A program made the position numbers and the translations under genes. Positions 20,282 to 30,723 of a DNA stretch of 64,000 bases are shown piece by piece. The notes below the pieces were generated by a model. That model did not search any database, was not told the origin of the DNA, and saw only the letters and a program-made list of their open reading frames with translations. This DNA comes from Candidatus Woesebacteria bacterium (GTDB lineage Bacteria > Patescibacteriota > Microgenomatia > UBA1400 > UBA12028), in assembly GCA_040006915.1 (NCBI GenBank), contig JBDTWD010000006.1:1897-65896 (forward strand). Direction: 5' to 3'. Every line of letters begins with the position of its first letter. Positions within the stretch are counted from its first letter, which is position 1.

Positions 20282-20713
20282 ATGGCGACTACAAAACTTC
20301 CCGAAATCACAGGTATGACTCTGGTACTCTCAACGCTTGTACTTTTTGTTAGTAACGCCATTGTTCTCTACTTTGCGCAAATGTTCTTCCCCCATGCAAT
20401 TGTCTTAGGCACTCATGCGTTAAGTTTCTGGTGGGCAATCTTTATGAGTATGGGCAAACTCTCATTATTGGGAGCTGCGGTAATGCCATTTGTCGGAAAA
20501 TATGAAAATATGCGCCATAGAATCTTCTCCCCGATGGAATGGTCAGTACTGTATTTTGTTGTAAACTTTATTGGTCTGTGGATCATCAGCAGGTTCTCAG
20601 AACAATTTGGTCTGGGAGTGACATCCTGGATAGTAATTGCCGCTCTAGCACTAGTCTTAGATATCGTCCAAGGTGTAGTGATGATGGCCTACGGCAAAAT
20701 GCTCAAGAAATAA
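20282..20713 (+). CDS. Hypothetical integral membrane protein
   Basis: About four TM segments; SD AAAGGA before ATG 20282. Confidence 0.7.
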   Translation: MATTKLPEITGMTLVLSTLVLFVSNAIVLYFAQMFFPHAIVLGTHALSFWWAIFMSMGKLSLLGAAVMPFVGKYENMRHRIFSPMEWSVLYFVVNFIGLWIISRFSEQFGLGVTSWIVIAALALVLDIVQGVVMMAYGKMLKK

Positions 20714-20716
20714 ATT

Positions 20717-21358
20717 CTATAGAGGGATTTTCTTCCAGCCAGATGCAGATACAATGAGATGATCAAGAAGTTTAATTCCTAAAATTTCTCCGGCTGCTTT
20801 CATACGCTGAGTAAAGAGTAGATCCTCTTTTGAGGGTTCTAGCATTCCAGACGGATGATTATGAACTATAATAATGCTAGCAACTGGTAACTCTAATACT
20901 AAACCGAATACTTCTCTGGGCAAAAGACTAGCTCGGTTTAATGTTCCTACTGCGACGATCTCCTTTTTAAGTAACTCTCCTTGAGCGTTCAGATAAAAAC
21001 ACAATAGCATTTCCCGTTTTTCATGGAGTATTTCATACGAGTGCGCAAAAATATCTTTTGCTGAATTCATTGGCATCTTTTCTGAAGAAGACAATCGTCT
21101 CCCCAGTTCCAAAGCCGCGATGACTTGTGCACATTTACTTGGACCTATTCCCTGTTCTAATAATTCTTCTTTACTTACACGTTGTTGTTTACGGAGAATT
21201 TTTGAAATCTGGGTTGCCAGTACAGAGACTGACTTCGTTTTCATCCCAGTGACAAGAATGACACAAAGCAGTTCTTCGAGATTGAGAATTTCGGGTCCTC
21301 TTTCTAACAGCCGTTCACGAGGGCGCAAAGAAAGCGGAACCAATCGCATTCGACGCAT
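20717..21358 (-). CDS. radC: RadC / UPF0758 JAB-domain protein
   Basis: RPRERLL, GIGPSK..AALELG, HNHPSG..PS..D, LLDH. Confidence 0.9.
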   Translation of the reverse strand: MRRMRLVPLSLRPRERLLERGPEILNLEELLCVILVTGMKTKSVSVLATQISKILRKQQRVSKEELLEQGIGPSKCAQVIAALELGRRLSSSEKMPMNSAKDIFAHSYEILHEKREMLLCFYLNAQGELLKKEIVAVGTLNRASLLPREVFGLVLELPVASIIIVHNHPSGMLEPSKEDLLFTQRMKAAGEILGIKLLDHLIVSASGWKKIPL

Positions 21359-21372
21359 GGACATAGTATATG

Positions 21373-21744
21373 CTAGAGACTTGTATGTGGTGAAAGCAGA
21401 AATTTGATTTGGTTCTTTACGTCTTCTGGGCTGTAGTCAAGAGGGCTGATCATTTTGTCCCATGAATGCAAGTACTCTTGATACTGCTCCCCTTCACTAG
21501 CGAGTATGAGAAAAGGAATCGTATTCCAAAGATGTTTTTCTTTTCGTACTTTCAAAAAAACCTCAACTACCAGACAGTTATCATCTCCATCAATCACCAC
21601 TATTTTAAATTCTTCAGCTGTTAAGAGTAAGATAGCATTGGCAATTGTTTCCGTCGGGACCACCTCAGTTGGAATCGATAAAAACACTTCATGATACAAT
21701 TGGCGTGAACTTAGGCTAGGGATGACGAGGAGTATTTTTTCCAT
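21373..21744 (-). CDS. Degenerate receiver-like domain protein
   Basis: KILLV..IVVID..IPFLILA pattern without canonical acidic pocket or KP. Confidence 0.5.
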   Translation of the reverse strand: MEKILLVIPSLSSRQLYHEVFLSIPTEVVPTETIANAILLLTAEEFKIVVIDGDDNCLVVEVFLKVRKEKHLWNTIPFLILASEGEQYQEYLHSWDKMISPLDYSPEDVKNQIKFLLSPHTSL

Positions 21745-21790
21745 TGTAGATATATAAAATTCTACTCAAAATAGAAATACTCTGTCAAGC

Positions 21791-22093
21791 ATGAAAAATG
21801 CTCTATTAAATATGTCTACCACCATTGTCAGCAAACGAATCAAAGAAGCACGCAAAAAAATCCAGATTACTCAAGAAGAACTAGCTAGTGCCATTGGTAT
21901 TTCTGATAAATCAATCTCCGCGTACGAATCAGATCGTATCGAGCCTCCACTACAAGTATTGGAGAAAATTGCCGCAGCTACCAAACAACCGTTGCGATTT
22001 TTTATTGAAGACACAATTGAATCCGCGATTCTTTCTAAACTTGCCGATGTAGAAACTCAATTAAAAGAAATACAAGCACTACTGAAAGAATGA
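21791..22093 (+). CDS. XRE-family HTH transcriptional regulator
   Basis: RIKEARKK..ITQEELA..IGIS..SISAYE..P. Confidence 0.88.
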   Translation: MKNALLNMSTTIVSKRIKEARKKIQITQEELASAIGISDKSISAYESDRIEPPLQVLEKIAAATKQPLRFFIEDTIESAILSKLADVETQLKEIQALLKE

Positions 22094-22316
22094 TAGAAAA
22101 TTCTTATTGTAGATAATTTCAATCGAATACGTTTTGCTCCCAGATTCATGTAGGAAAAGTTGTTGCTCGTAAAATTTGTATAGGTAGTGAACAACAGATA
22201 GGTATCCATTACATTGTTCTCATTACGGTTACACAAAAAAGAAACGTGCAATCGATATATATTGATGAGCTAGATCGAGATAGACACTATACGACCGAGC
22301 TGTTATAGTCCTTCCC

Positions 22317-24203
22317 ATGAGACGCCTGTTACTTCTTGCAGCATTCCTGTATTTGTTCTTAGCCCCTTTAACGTATCATAATGATAATAAGCTGGTTTTG
22401 TTCTGGGCTTCTCAAGATAACGGAAAAGTCTGGGACATTTGGAAATACGGTGAAACCAATCTTCCTCCAGAACGACAATTTAATTATCCACCACTGCATT
22501 TTTATTTAGCCAAACTTCAGTATGCGTTTGCCGTTCCTTTAGGAGGCTCTGGATATACCGAGTGGCTTTCAAGCTCAGATCCAACGGATCCACAGCGAGT
22601 CGAACTTCCCCGGTATATGTTGGCAACCAAATTCGTTTTGATTCTGGCAGGGATTGCCAGCGGCTATCTTGTGTATCTGCTTTCAAAACAAAATGGGTTC
22701 TCAGAAAAAAGAGCCAAATTCGCAGCTGCCTTATGGCTGTTTAACCCCATCACTATCTATAGCATTCCTATGATGGGACAAAATGATGTGCTCGCTATCG
22801 TGTTTTTCTTGTTTGGATGGTGGCTTTTAGCCAAGCGTCCAGGTTTGACTGGAGTGATTGTCGGGCTGGCTGCCTCCATAAAAGTGTATCCTCTTCTTTG
22901 GCTTGCTTTCTTACTCCCCTCTGCTCCCAAACTCTCTCCAACAAAAAAAGTTGGCGTATTTCTCATTGCGATCGTGGTGTATGGACTTACTTTGTTCCCA
23001 TTCATCCATGATAGTACGTTTCGTAGCACAGTTTTAAATTCTGATGTGAATGATCGTTTTTTAACGCCGCAAATTGGGATTGGTTTTGAACAAGCTATTA
23101 ACATTATCCCTATTCTCTTAGGCATTCTGTTCCTCTCAACTCTGGAACGAAAAAAGAAAAAAGAAAGCTCATTTGGCTTTCAGGCCTTTGTGGTTATGAC
23201 AGCAAACCTGTTGCTTTTGGGCTTTACTCATTTTCATCCACAGTGGTATACCTGGGTGGTGCCTTTTTGGGCAATTTGGACTGCGTCCTTAAAAGACCAC
23301 AAGAAAATTCTGTATTCTCTGCTTCTTGCATTAGCCGCCGGTATCTGTTGGTTTGCTGTCATCCTCTTGTTTCAAGAAAAATATTTGACGTTTGGAATGA
23401 TTTCCATTCTTAATCCAGCCTTATTTAATCTTCCTATCATTCACGATTTTCTGCTGACTCATAAAGTAAACGTCGGTAAGTTTGACAATCTTGCTCATTC
23501 AGGATTAGCCGGGATAGCGCTGATTGCCTTGTTCTCCTTGCATACCTCCTTTGGTGCTGACATTCATGATTTCGTTTTCCGTCCACTTCGTTTCTCGCTG
23601 CGCATTCCGAAACCCGTTCGTTTTGTTTTGGCTACATGCGCAATCGTTGGAACAACCTTTGCGGCGGTTTTAGTCTTGCAGCGTATTCCGATTGCACAAT
23701 CATCATCTATTCCCACCGTCGATTTGTATGAACAAATACGAGAGCCAGTTGTTATTGATCTTCCTGGTGAACGACCAAATCTCAGCCGCTTTGAAATATA
23801 CCTTCGCAATCCACAACTGCGAAACACAGAAGACTATACAATGACACTGTACGACAAGGGTGCACGGGTCATGCAGCAGCCATTCAGTGCGCATAACGTT
23901 GGTGATTTTACGACCATGCGCTTCGATCTTCCTATGCCACAACCTGATTCTTTGGGCAAAAACTACTCTCTGCATATTGATCCAGTTTCTACCCAAAGTG
24001 GTGTCCCTCATAATGATGATTACCTCTGGATTGGACACAAATCCGAAGGTGATAAAAAAACTGTCGCCACTGTGACCTACTATTCACCAGAATTGGCAGA
24101 GAATAGTATTCTCAAACGATCAATAGAAAAGATCCGAGCAATTTTCCAGCAGGTATGGGGATATGAAATCGGCATCTTTCTCATCCTGTTCCTGGCAATT
24201 TAG
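22317..24203 (+). CDS. GT-C (GT87-like) membrane glycosyltransferase
   Basis: FNYPPL, WLFNP, GQND, IKVYP, HPQWY; many TM segments plus C-terminal extracellular domain. Confidence 0.7.
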   Translation: MRRLLLLAAFLYLFLAPLTYHNDNKLVLFWASQDNGKVWDIWKYGETNLPPERQFNYPPLHFYLAKLQYAFAVPLGGSGYTEWLSSSDPTDPQRVELPRYMLATKFVLILAGIASGYLVYLLSKQNGFSEKRAKFAAALWLFNPITIYSIPMMGQNDVLAIVFFLFGWWLLAKRPGLTGVIVGLAASIKVYPLLWLAFLLPSAPKLSPTKKVGVFLIAIVVYGLTLFPFIHDSTFRSTVLNSDVNDRFLTPQIGIGFEQAINIIPILLGILFLSTLERKKKKESSFGFQAFVVMTANLLLLGFTHFHPQWYTWVVPFWAIWTASLKDHKKILYSLLLALAAGICWFAVILLFQEKYLTFGMISILNPALFNLPIIHDFLLTHKVNVGKFDNLAHSGLAGIALIALFSLHTSFGADIHDFVFRPLRFSLRIPKPVRFVLATCAIVGTTFAAVLVLQRIPIAQSSSIPTVDLYEQIREPVVIDLPGERPNLSRFEIYLRNPQLRNTEDYTMTLYDKGARVMQQPFSAHNVGDFTTMRFDLPMPQPDSLGKNYSLHIDPVSTQSGVPHNDDYLWIGHKSEGDKKTVATVTYYSPELAENSILKRSIEKIRAIFQQVWGYEIGIFLILFLAI

Positions 24204-24310
24204 GTTTCTTCATCGGCTCTTATTGTAGTAATTATTACAATACATCCATTTTTATAACAAATTGAGATAAATTATGTATACACTTTAAATTGTGGTATTT
24301 TTCCAGTTCT

Positions 24311-25417
24311 ATGCCGAACCGAGAACACAATCCACTCTTTCAAACTTTGCAGTCACTGGTTGCTATTCCCTCAGAATATCCCAATGAACACAACGTCACG
24401 CAATTTTTGCTCGCTTGGTTAGATGAACATCATTTTGGTACAGTTACTACCCAAGAAGTAGCTCCTGGACGAAACAATATTCTTATCACCCGTGGCTCGG
24501 GTGATAAAGCTATTTTATTTTACGGACATGTTGATACGGTCAGAGTGGTCGATGGATGGACCCACAATCCTTTTGAATTACACCCTGATGGAGATCGTTT
24601 GTATGGATTAGGAGCATACGATATGAAGGGAGGAATCGCTGCCTTTCTAAGAGCTTGCCAAGAAAGTGATACCTATATCAAAATCATGTTGGTCGTCGAT
24701 GAAGAAGATCTATCTCGTGGGGCCTGGCATATGGTTCATCACTCTCCGAGCTTTTTTACAGACGTTGAGTTGGCCATTTCAGCGGAACCAAACTTTGGCC
24801 TAGGACTCCATGGCATTACGACCGGACGCACCGGCAGAGTAGTGTATGACCTCAATGCAGCAGGACAATCAGCCCATCTTACCCGCTTAGAAGATGGAAT
24901 TGATTCCATTGCTAATCTTGCCAGCTTTATCTGCGCATTCTATACGCAAAGAGACCAACTACTATCTTCTGCGCAAAGTAAAGGTCTGGTTCGTATGCTT
25001 CATGCTGAAGCAGCTGGAATGAGTGTATGCGATGAAGCTCAAGCCCAAGTGGATCTCTTGTTAGCCAAACCCGATACAGTTGGAGGAATCTTGTCAAAAC
25101 TTCAAGAATTATCAACGACTGTGGAGGTCACATTGCATGCACGTCCGACTCCTTTTTTGGAAGGGTATCACTTCGATTCTTTCCCTCACCAGGATATAGT
25201 TGCTGACATCGTTCAAGAGACGACCGGACAGATGGCGACGTGGGAATTTCGAAGTTCCGTTGCTGATGACAATGTGATCGCCTCCTTAAGTATTCCAGTT
25301 ATCACCTGGGGACCAGATGGAGCAAATGCGCATGCATCCGATGAATGGGTGTCTTGGGAAAGCTTGAAGACACTGTCTCTCATGTATGAAAAGCTGTTAA
25401 AGCGAGTGAGGAAATAG
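24311..25417 (+). CDS. M20-family metallopeptidase/deacylase (ArgE/DapE-like)
   Basis: GHVDTV, YGLGAYDMKGG, DEE, WGP..AHASDE. Confidence 0.88.
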   Translation: MPNREHNPLFQTLQSLVAIPSEYPNEHNVTQFLLAWLDEHHFGTVTTQEVAPGRNNILITRGSGDKAILFYGHVDTVRVVDGWTHNPFELHPDGDRLYGLGAYDMKGGIAAFLRACQESDTYIKIMLVVDEEDLSRGAWHMVHHSPSFFTDVELAISAEPNFGLGLHGITTGRTGRVVYDLNAAGQSAHLTRLEDGIDSIANLASFICAFYTQRDQLLSSAQSKGLVRMLHAEAAGMSVCDEAQAQVDLLLAKPDTVGGILSKLQELSTTVEVTLHARPTPFLEGYHFDSFPHQDIVADIVQETTGQMATWEFRSSVADDNVIASLSIPVITWGPDGANAHASDEWVSWESLKTLSLMYEKLLKRVRK

Positions 25418-25429
25418 AGCGAGGTTCTC

Positions 25430-25457
25430 TTGACACCAAAACTCATGGGTATACGAT
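25430..25457 (+). promoter_or_regulatory. Sigma70 promoter, leaderless start
   Basis: TTGACA-16nt-TACGAT, ending 8 nt before ATG 25466. Confidence 0.7.
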
Positions 25458-25465
25458 GAATAGAT

Positions 25466-25681
25466 ATGATGCAAAGAAATATGTGGGAATGGATTATTTT
25501 GTTCGCTCTCTTGGAGTTTGCCTTCAAAGGATTTGCGTTATGGAGAGCAGCACAGCGAAAAGAAAAATGGTGGTTTATTGCTTTGTTCGTTATTAACTCA
25601 CTGGGGATCCTTCCCGGAATTTATTTGCTTTCTCATCCAGAAGAACGAAAGATCAAAGTCGTAAAGAATAAGCGAAAATAA
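25466..25681 (+). CDS. DUF5652-like small membrane protein
   Basis: KGFALWRAA..KWWFIALFVINSLGILP.IY. Confidence 0.8.
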   Translation: MMQRNMWEWIILFALLEFAFKGFALWRAAQRKEKWWFIALFVINSLGILPGIYLLSHPEERKIKVVKNKRK

Positions 25682-25682
25682 T

Positions 25683-25985
25683 TTAAGGCTGCCACTGAGA
25701 TCTGGGCAGAAATACTTTATCTCCTTTAAAAATCACTCCTTCATTTTGAAGCATGTCTTTTTTCTTCAGTAATCCACCAACTGCAGAATATCCTGTTAAG
25801 CTTCCGTCAGCCGAAACGACTCTGTGGCATGGCGTCGCGGGCGCATCAGGGTTGGTTCGCATACACATTCCTACCGCACGAGCAGCTTTTGGACTGCCTG
25901 CTAGCTTGGCAAGCTGACCATAGGTCACCACTTTCCCTTTGGGGATCTTTCGAGTCAACTCATAGACTTTTTCGCGAAATGACAT
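25683..25985 (-). CDS. Alkyltransferase (MGMT/ATL family) DNA-binding protein
   Basis: IPKGKVVTYGQLA, ARAVG, PCHRVV. Confidence 0.9.
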   Translation of the reverse strand: MSFREKVYELTRKIPKGKVVTYGQLAKLAGSPKAARAVGMCMRTNPDAPATPCHRVVSADGSLTGYSAVGGLLKKKDMLQNEGVIFKGDKVFLPRSQWQP

Positions 25986-26020
25986 AGCAGGATACTACCA
26001 TCCAAATATTGGAAAAGGAA

Positions 26021-27370
26021 CTAGAATTCAACTTCTTGATGAAGAATCGGCATAGTAATATCTTCGAGGTGAAGCTGTGCCTTAATCTTCTCTGCCAGTG
26101 CACTTCGGGGCCCATCTTCTCCGTGGGTTAAGAATACCTTCTTCACTTGTTTAATATGTGAGAGCCACTCAAGCAGTTGTCCTTGATCCGCATGTGAGCT
26201 CATAACTTGCGTGCTATTGATGGTCGCCCGCACTGACACCACTTCTCCATCAATCGTGATCTCTTTTTTCCCTTCAAGTAGCTCTCGTCCATGAGTTCCC
26301 TCTCCTTGGTATCCAACGATCAGAAGACGAGTCGAGGGAATAGGTAAATAGTGGGCGGCGTGTCCTAGAATCCGTCCGCCTGACATCATACCGCTACCCG
26401 CAATAATCACTTGTGGTCGGGTTTCCCCTTCTACAGCTTCACTTCCTCTTCTATCCATAATCATTTGCAGTCCCATAAATGAAAATGGATCTCCAGAGAG
26501 CATATCGTTTTTTATGTGAGCGTTGAAATTCTCTGGATAGTTTTCATAAATATCAGTGGCTTTACTCGCCATCGGACTGTCCATGACAATTGGAGTTTCA
26601 AGTTTTACTTTTCCTTCTTTCTTCAGATGCATGATTGTGTGGAGCAACTCTTGGGTTCGCTCCAAAGAAAAAGCTGGAATGAGAAGTGTCCCTCCCGCAG
26701 TCTCAATTGCCTTGATCTCGGACATAATAATATCCGCGGGCACTCCTTCCGGATGTAATCGATCACCGTAAGTGGATTCCATCACCACAGCATCACTACT
26801 CTCTACCATTTCGGTGGGTTCCAACAAATCTTCAGGAGAATTCCCTAAATCACCGCTAAAAACTATTTTTCGGATTCCTGAATTTGGATGCGCATCTTCA
26901 ATCTCCAAACTTGCCGATCCCATGATATGACCGGCATCACGAAAGGTAACCGTGAATTCCCCTATTTGCACGGGAACGCGGTAATCAGTGGTCTTAAATC
27001 GAGAAAAGGTTTGTTCTGCTAAATCTTTGTCATACAGAATGACTTTGTCATCTTGTTTAGCAATCTTGGCACTATCTAGGAGTGATAATTCGGTCAGATC
27101 TTGGGTTGGCCTGGTCATCCAGATATCACCCGCAAACCCATGTGAAAGAAGAATTGGCAATCTACCACAATGGTCTAAGTGTGCATGCGTGAGAATTGCA
27201 GCACTTAAGGTGCTGCAATCATATTCAAATGGATCATAGTTTAATTTCTCAATTGCCGGTATCCCTTGAAACATCCCTAAATCAATTAGAACCGATTGTC
27301 CTGATCCTGAGGTCAGTACATAGGATGATCCGGTCACAGTTCCGCTGGCGCCAAGGAATTTTATTTTCAT
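26021..27370 (-). CDS. MBL-fold beta-CASP ribonuclease
   Basis: LTHAHLDHCG, AGHIMGS, SGDLG, ESTYG, SSHAD, THGE. Confidence 0.92.
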   Translation of the reverse strand: MKIKFLGASGTVTGSSYVLTSGSGQSVLIDLGMFQGIPAIEKLNYDPFEYDCSTLSAAILTHAHLDHCGRLPILLSHGFAGDIWMTRPTQDLTELSLLDSAKIAKQDDKVILYDKDLAEQTFSRFKTTDYRVPVQIGEFTVTFRDAGHIMGSASLEIEDAHPNSGIRKIVFSGDLGNSPEDLLEPTEMVESSDAVVMESTYGDRLHPEGVPADIIMSEIKAIETAGGTLLIPAFSLERTQELLHTIMHLKKEGKVKLETPIVMDSPMASKATDIYENYPENFNAHIKNDMLSGDPFSFMGLQMIMDRRGSEAVEGETRPQVIIAGSGMMSGGRILGHAAHYLPIPSTRLLIVGYQGEGTHGRELLEGKKEITIDGEVVSVRATINSTQVMSSHADQGQLLEWLSHIKQVKKVFLTHGEDGPRSALAEKIKAQLHLEDITMPILHQEVEF

Positions 27371-27382
27371 GGAGAAAGCTGT

Positions 27383-27646
27383 TTATAAATACACCTTATC
27401 AATATAGCACCACACGAATTCCTCGCCAGGTGTAACAGATTTGATAATCGGATGACTAGTTTCTTTGAAGTGTTTCGTAGCGTGTTTGTTTTTCGAATTG
27501 TCACAACATCCCACATGACCACAGGTCAAACACTGGCGCAGAGAAACCCAAGTATCGCCAATGAGCACACATTCTGTACAGACACTGGTATCGGTAGGAG
27601 CAAACTGCTTGATTTGATCTTGATGGGTACAAACTTCTGAATCCAT
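27383..27646 (-). CDS. Stand-alone UBP-type zinc finger protein
   Basis: CTH..CTEC..WVSLRQCLTCGHVGCCD.SKNKHATKH..WCY. Confidence 0.9.
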   Translation of the reverse strand: MDSEVCTHQDQIKQFAPTDTSVCTECVLIGDTWVSLRQCLTCGHVGCCDNSKNKHATKHFKETSHPIIKSVTPGEEFVWCYIDKVYL

Positions 27647-27656
27647 ACGACATCGC

Positions 27657-27917
27657 TTACATTGTGGGTAAACTTTTTGTTGCCGGTCCTTTCAAGACTT
27701 TTCCACTTAAAGAAAATCGCGAGCCATGACAAGGACAGTCCCAAGTTTTTTCTGTCCCATTCCATCCGACAATACAACCCAAATGGGTACAGACTGCCGA
27801 TAGCTTAACTACTTCTCCCTTGTCATTTTTATACGCAGCAACTTTCTTTCCGTCGACTTCAACAATTGCCCCTTGTCCTGGTTGTAATTGCTCGAGCGTC
27901 GTTGTCGGTTGTTCCAT
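27657..27917 (-). CDS. Stand-alone Rieske [2Fe-2S] protein
   Basis: CTHLGC..WDCPCHGSRF; SD AAGGA before MEQP. Confidence 0.9.
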   Translation of the reverse strand: MEQPTTTLEQLQPGQGAIVEVDGKKVAAYKNDKGEVVKLSAVCTHLGCIVGWNGTEKTWDCPCHGSRFSLSGKVLKGPATKSLPTM

Positions 27918-27993
27918 ATGTCCTTTTAAGAAATTCCTTGGGTACAGTATCCCTTGCCAAACCTTTGTTTTCAAAGAAACTGCCATACTTTTT

Positions 27994-28197
27994 TTATTGT
28001 CCTGATTGCTTGACATTTACATCAATGGAACTCGGCACGTTTATCTGTGGGGTTCCAACTTGCATTCGTTGCAAAGCTGGCAATCCGTACGCAAAGAACA
28101 AAAATCCTATAACTGCCAAAACGACTAAGACAATGATCATTCCCATGGGTCCACTCGAATTCCCTGAATTTGGCGGATTGTTTACGATGGTAGTCAT
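27994..28197 (-). CDS. Small single-TM protein
   Basis: SD AAGGAG; one hydrophobic helix. Confidence 0.7.
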   Translation of the reverse strand: MTTIVNNPPNSGNSSGPMGMIIVLVVLAVIGFLFFAYGLPALQRMQVGTPQINVPSSIDVNVKQSGQ

Positions 28198-28239
28198 ACG
28201 ACATCTCCTTTGTTTTCGTTACTATTTGGTAACAGTGTA

Positions 28240-28923
28240 TCACCTCTTTTTGGCTATCGCCAATACATCGGTTCCACTATGGAAAGGTTTTTCTTCAAGT
28301 ACCTCAAAGCCCGCGGTCTCAAGTAAATCCTGAAGGGAAGCGGAGGAAAACTTATGAACTGGTACCGATCCAGAGTGAGAGGCTACTAATAATTCAAATC
28401 CTATTTTCTGAATTGTTTCTTCCACCAGTTCTCCCTCCTGAAGCGAAGCTGACGAGAACTGATCCTCTTCTTCTCTCGTTCCGTTGGTGGTGAGAATTAA
28501 AACCCCTTCAGGTTTTAACATTGCGCACATTTTTCGTAATACGCGTGGGACGGCCGTATTACTGATGTGCTGAATGATATGACTAGATAGCACGCAATCA
28601 GCTATATCTTGAACGGATACATCTTCTATTGGTCGATTCAGGAATTCGACTTTGTCATTCAAATTCAAATAGTCGACCGTTTGTTTGGCTTTTCCAATTC
28701 GCTCACCATCAGGCTCAATGGCAATAATTTTTTCAAAGTAGGGAGCAAATTCGGGAATAAGTCGACCAAAGCCGCAGCCTGCATCCACCAACACTTTTCC
28801 ATCTTTAATATAACTCCTCGCATACTCCAAAATCGCAGCCTCATCCTCTGCCCAAGAATCTTCTCTTTGGACAAAAGTTGCAGTGATGGCATCATCTCTA
28901 TCTGGATAGGAAAAGGTACTCAT
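28240..28923 (-). CDS. Class I SAM-dependent methyltransferase
   Basis: LVDAGCGFG, LKPEGVLIL. Confidence 0.88.
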   Translation of the reverse strand: MSTFSYPDRDDAITATFVQREDSWAEDEAAILEYARSYIKDGKVLVDAGCGFGRLIPEFAPYFEKIIAIEPDGERIGKAKQTVDYLNLNDKVEFLNRPIEDVSVQDIADCVLSSHIIQHISNTAVPRVLRKMCAMLKPEGVLILTTNGTREEEDQFSSASLQEGELVEETIQKIGFELLVASHSGSVPVHKFSSASLQDLLETAGFEVLEEKPFHSGTDVLAIAKKR

Positions 28924-28942
28924 GGGATGATCTTACACCTAA

Positions 28943-29500
28943 TCAAGCATTTTCTATGGTACTTACAATTTTCTTCCAGAATTCTCGCGTTGGTTCAACA
29001 AGAGATTTTCTGGGCAGTTTGGTCGACTCGATAGCAATCCAAGCTTTTCCGTTGGCTCTCTTATCAAAGCTGACGATCACTCTTCCTACGTCAGCTGAGT
29101 ATCGCAGCTGTGCTCGCTTGGTTTTTGATGGAATCCGAACGAGCTTTTTGGACACAACTACGTCTGACACTAAAATCTTCTCCCATTTCTTCTGCAGACT
29201 CTCAACTGTTCCAGGAACAGTCTTCGTCACGGCGACCATAAAACCATCTGCTTGTTCATTTATTTTTCGTATTCCTCTGGCTCGTTCGTACTCGACTGTT
29301 ATCATCTGGGCCCACCAACCTCCATTCGTAACAACGTTGACTCTCTCTTTCTTTTTTAAATATTTTTCTTGGATGAGTTTGGCAATCTCAATATGAGGAT
29401 GCTGTGAAGCTTTTTTTGTATCCAAAATCGAAAACCACTCTTTCCAATTCTTCCCTGTTGCCTTGATCACTGCGTCATCACCAATTTGAGGAGTACTCAT
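28943..29500 (-). CDS. Hypothetical protein (DUF4287-like N-terminus)
   Basis: KATGKNWKEW..LD, WWAQMITVEYERARG; SD GGAGG. Confidence 0.7.
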   Translation of the reverse strand: MSTPQIGDDAVIKATGKNWKEWFSILDTKKASQHPHIEIAKLIQEKYLKKKERVNVVTNGGWWAQMITVEYERARGIRKINEQADGFMVAVTKTVPGTVESLQKKWEKILVSDVVVSKKLVRIPSKTKRAQLRYSADVGRVIVSFDKRANGKAWIAIESTKLPRKSLVEPTREFWKKIVSTIENA

Positions 29501-29504
29501 AAAG

Positions 29505-29942
29505 TTATACCTCCAAATATGTCTGTACGAGCTTTTGTATATTCTCATGTTCTGGTTTCCAAAACTGCCACACCGATTGTGCCCATTCCATAATCTTCTC
29601 TGCTTTTTGCTCATCAGGAACTAAAAGCACATCAGCCACACTGAATAATATTCTTCCAGATGGTGTAACAAACCGTGGCCAGTCTTTCGTTTGCTTCGCT
29701 AGTTTCATATGCGCTTGCTGGACTTCCTTTCCAGAGTAATTACGTTCTAACAGAAGATACTGTCCCATCAAGGCAAAAGCAGTTCGAATTGGTTTATGGA
29801 AACTTTCGTTATGAGAGGCTGCGTAGGCATCTACAACCACTTGATGAATGAAGAAATCGTCATGGAGAGATAAAGTATACGCAGATAACTCATAACAAGA
29901 GTCTTGGCAATCATTGGCGCCACACTCAGAACAAATAGACAT
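29505..29942 (-). CDS. DUF5946-like protein
   Basis: CSECG, HQVVVDAYAASH, WAQSVW. Confidence 0.7.
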   Translation of the reverse strand: MSICSECGANDCQDSCYELSAYTLSLHDDFFIHQVVVDAYAASHNESFHKPIRTAFALMGQYLLLERNYSGKEVQQAHMKLAKQTKDWPRFVTPSGRILFSVADVLLVPDEQKAEKIMEWAQSVWQFWKPEHENIQKLVQTYLEV

Positions 29943-29946
29943 ATAG

Positions 29947-30723
29947 CTATGATAGCAAAGTGAACAGCGACTGCCACCACGGAGCACTCGAGCGAAAATG
30001 TGGATGATCACTTTCTACTACTTTGATGATCACATCAACAATTCCTGCCACTGAAGCCACTTCAACTAGATGAAACCGTCGTTCTTCATCTCGCTTTAGT
30101 TTGGCTTTGAGATGCGAGAAATATGAATGCTCACCCATCCATACGAATTTTTTCTCCATCATTTTTTGATTAAACCCAGTGTGATATGCCCCTGGTTCGA
30201 CAAGGGCAACATGTAAATCTTTTGAAAGCAGGTGAAGCTCTTGGGAAAGCATCTTGGCACCACTAGAGACAGCATGTTTGCTCATACTGTAGGGGCCAAA
30301 AAAAGGAGAGGTTGTCCGACCGAGCAGAGAACTTATAAACACAATCGTCCCCTGTTTCTTGGGTACCATTCTTTTAAGTACCTCTTGGGTTATGGCAAAG
30401 GTAGAAAACACATTCACTTCAAAATTGTCTTTGATTTTATCAATCGCCACTTCTGCCAGTGAGCCTGTCTCTCCCATACCAGCACAATTAATCAGCACAT
30501 CGATGTCAAGATTACGGACTTTTTCTCGATCTTTTTGCTTGGTAATGTCTAACACAAAAGACTCAATCGAGAGCGCTTGTAACTCCTGAGATTGTTTTTC
30601 ATGATGCGTCGTTGCTATTACATGATGGCCGCGCGACTGAAGTCGTAAAGCCGTCTCTTTCCCTATTCCGCTTCCGGCACCAGTAATCAATATGGTTTTT
30701 GACGTAGATATCACTGCTCCCAT
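29947..30723 (-). CDS. Short-chain dehydrogenase/reductase
   Basis: ITGAGSGIG, YSMSK, VEPG. Confidence 0.9.
   Translation of the reverse strand: MGAVISTSKTILITGAGSGIGKETALRLQSRGHHVIATTHHEKQSQELQALSIESFVLDITKQKDREKVRNLDIDVLINCAGMGETGSLAEVAIDKIKDNFEVNVFSTFAITQEVLKRMVPKKQGTIVFISSLLGRTTSPFFGPYSMSKHAVSSGAKMLSQELHLLSKDLHVALVEPGAYHTGFNQKMMEKKFVWMGEHSYFSHLKAKLKRDEERRFHLVEVASVAGIVDVIIKVVESDHPHFRSSAPWWQSLFTLLS

Noticed and set aside
20717-22093. RadC plus XRE as a mobile-element or defence module
   Set aside because: RadC is the longer chromosomal type and there are no mobility genes nearby; the GTAGA/TCTAC palindrome is too short to call an operator.
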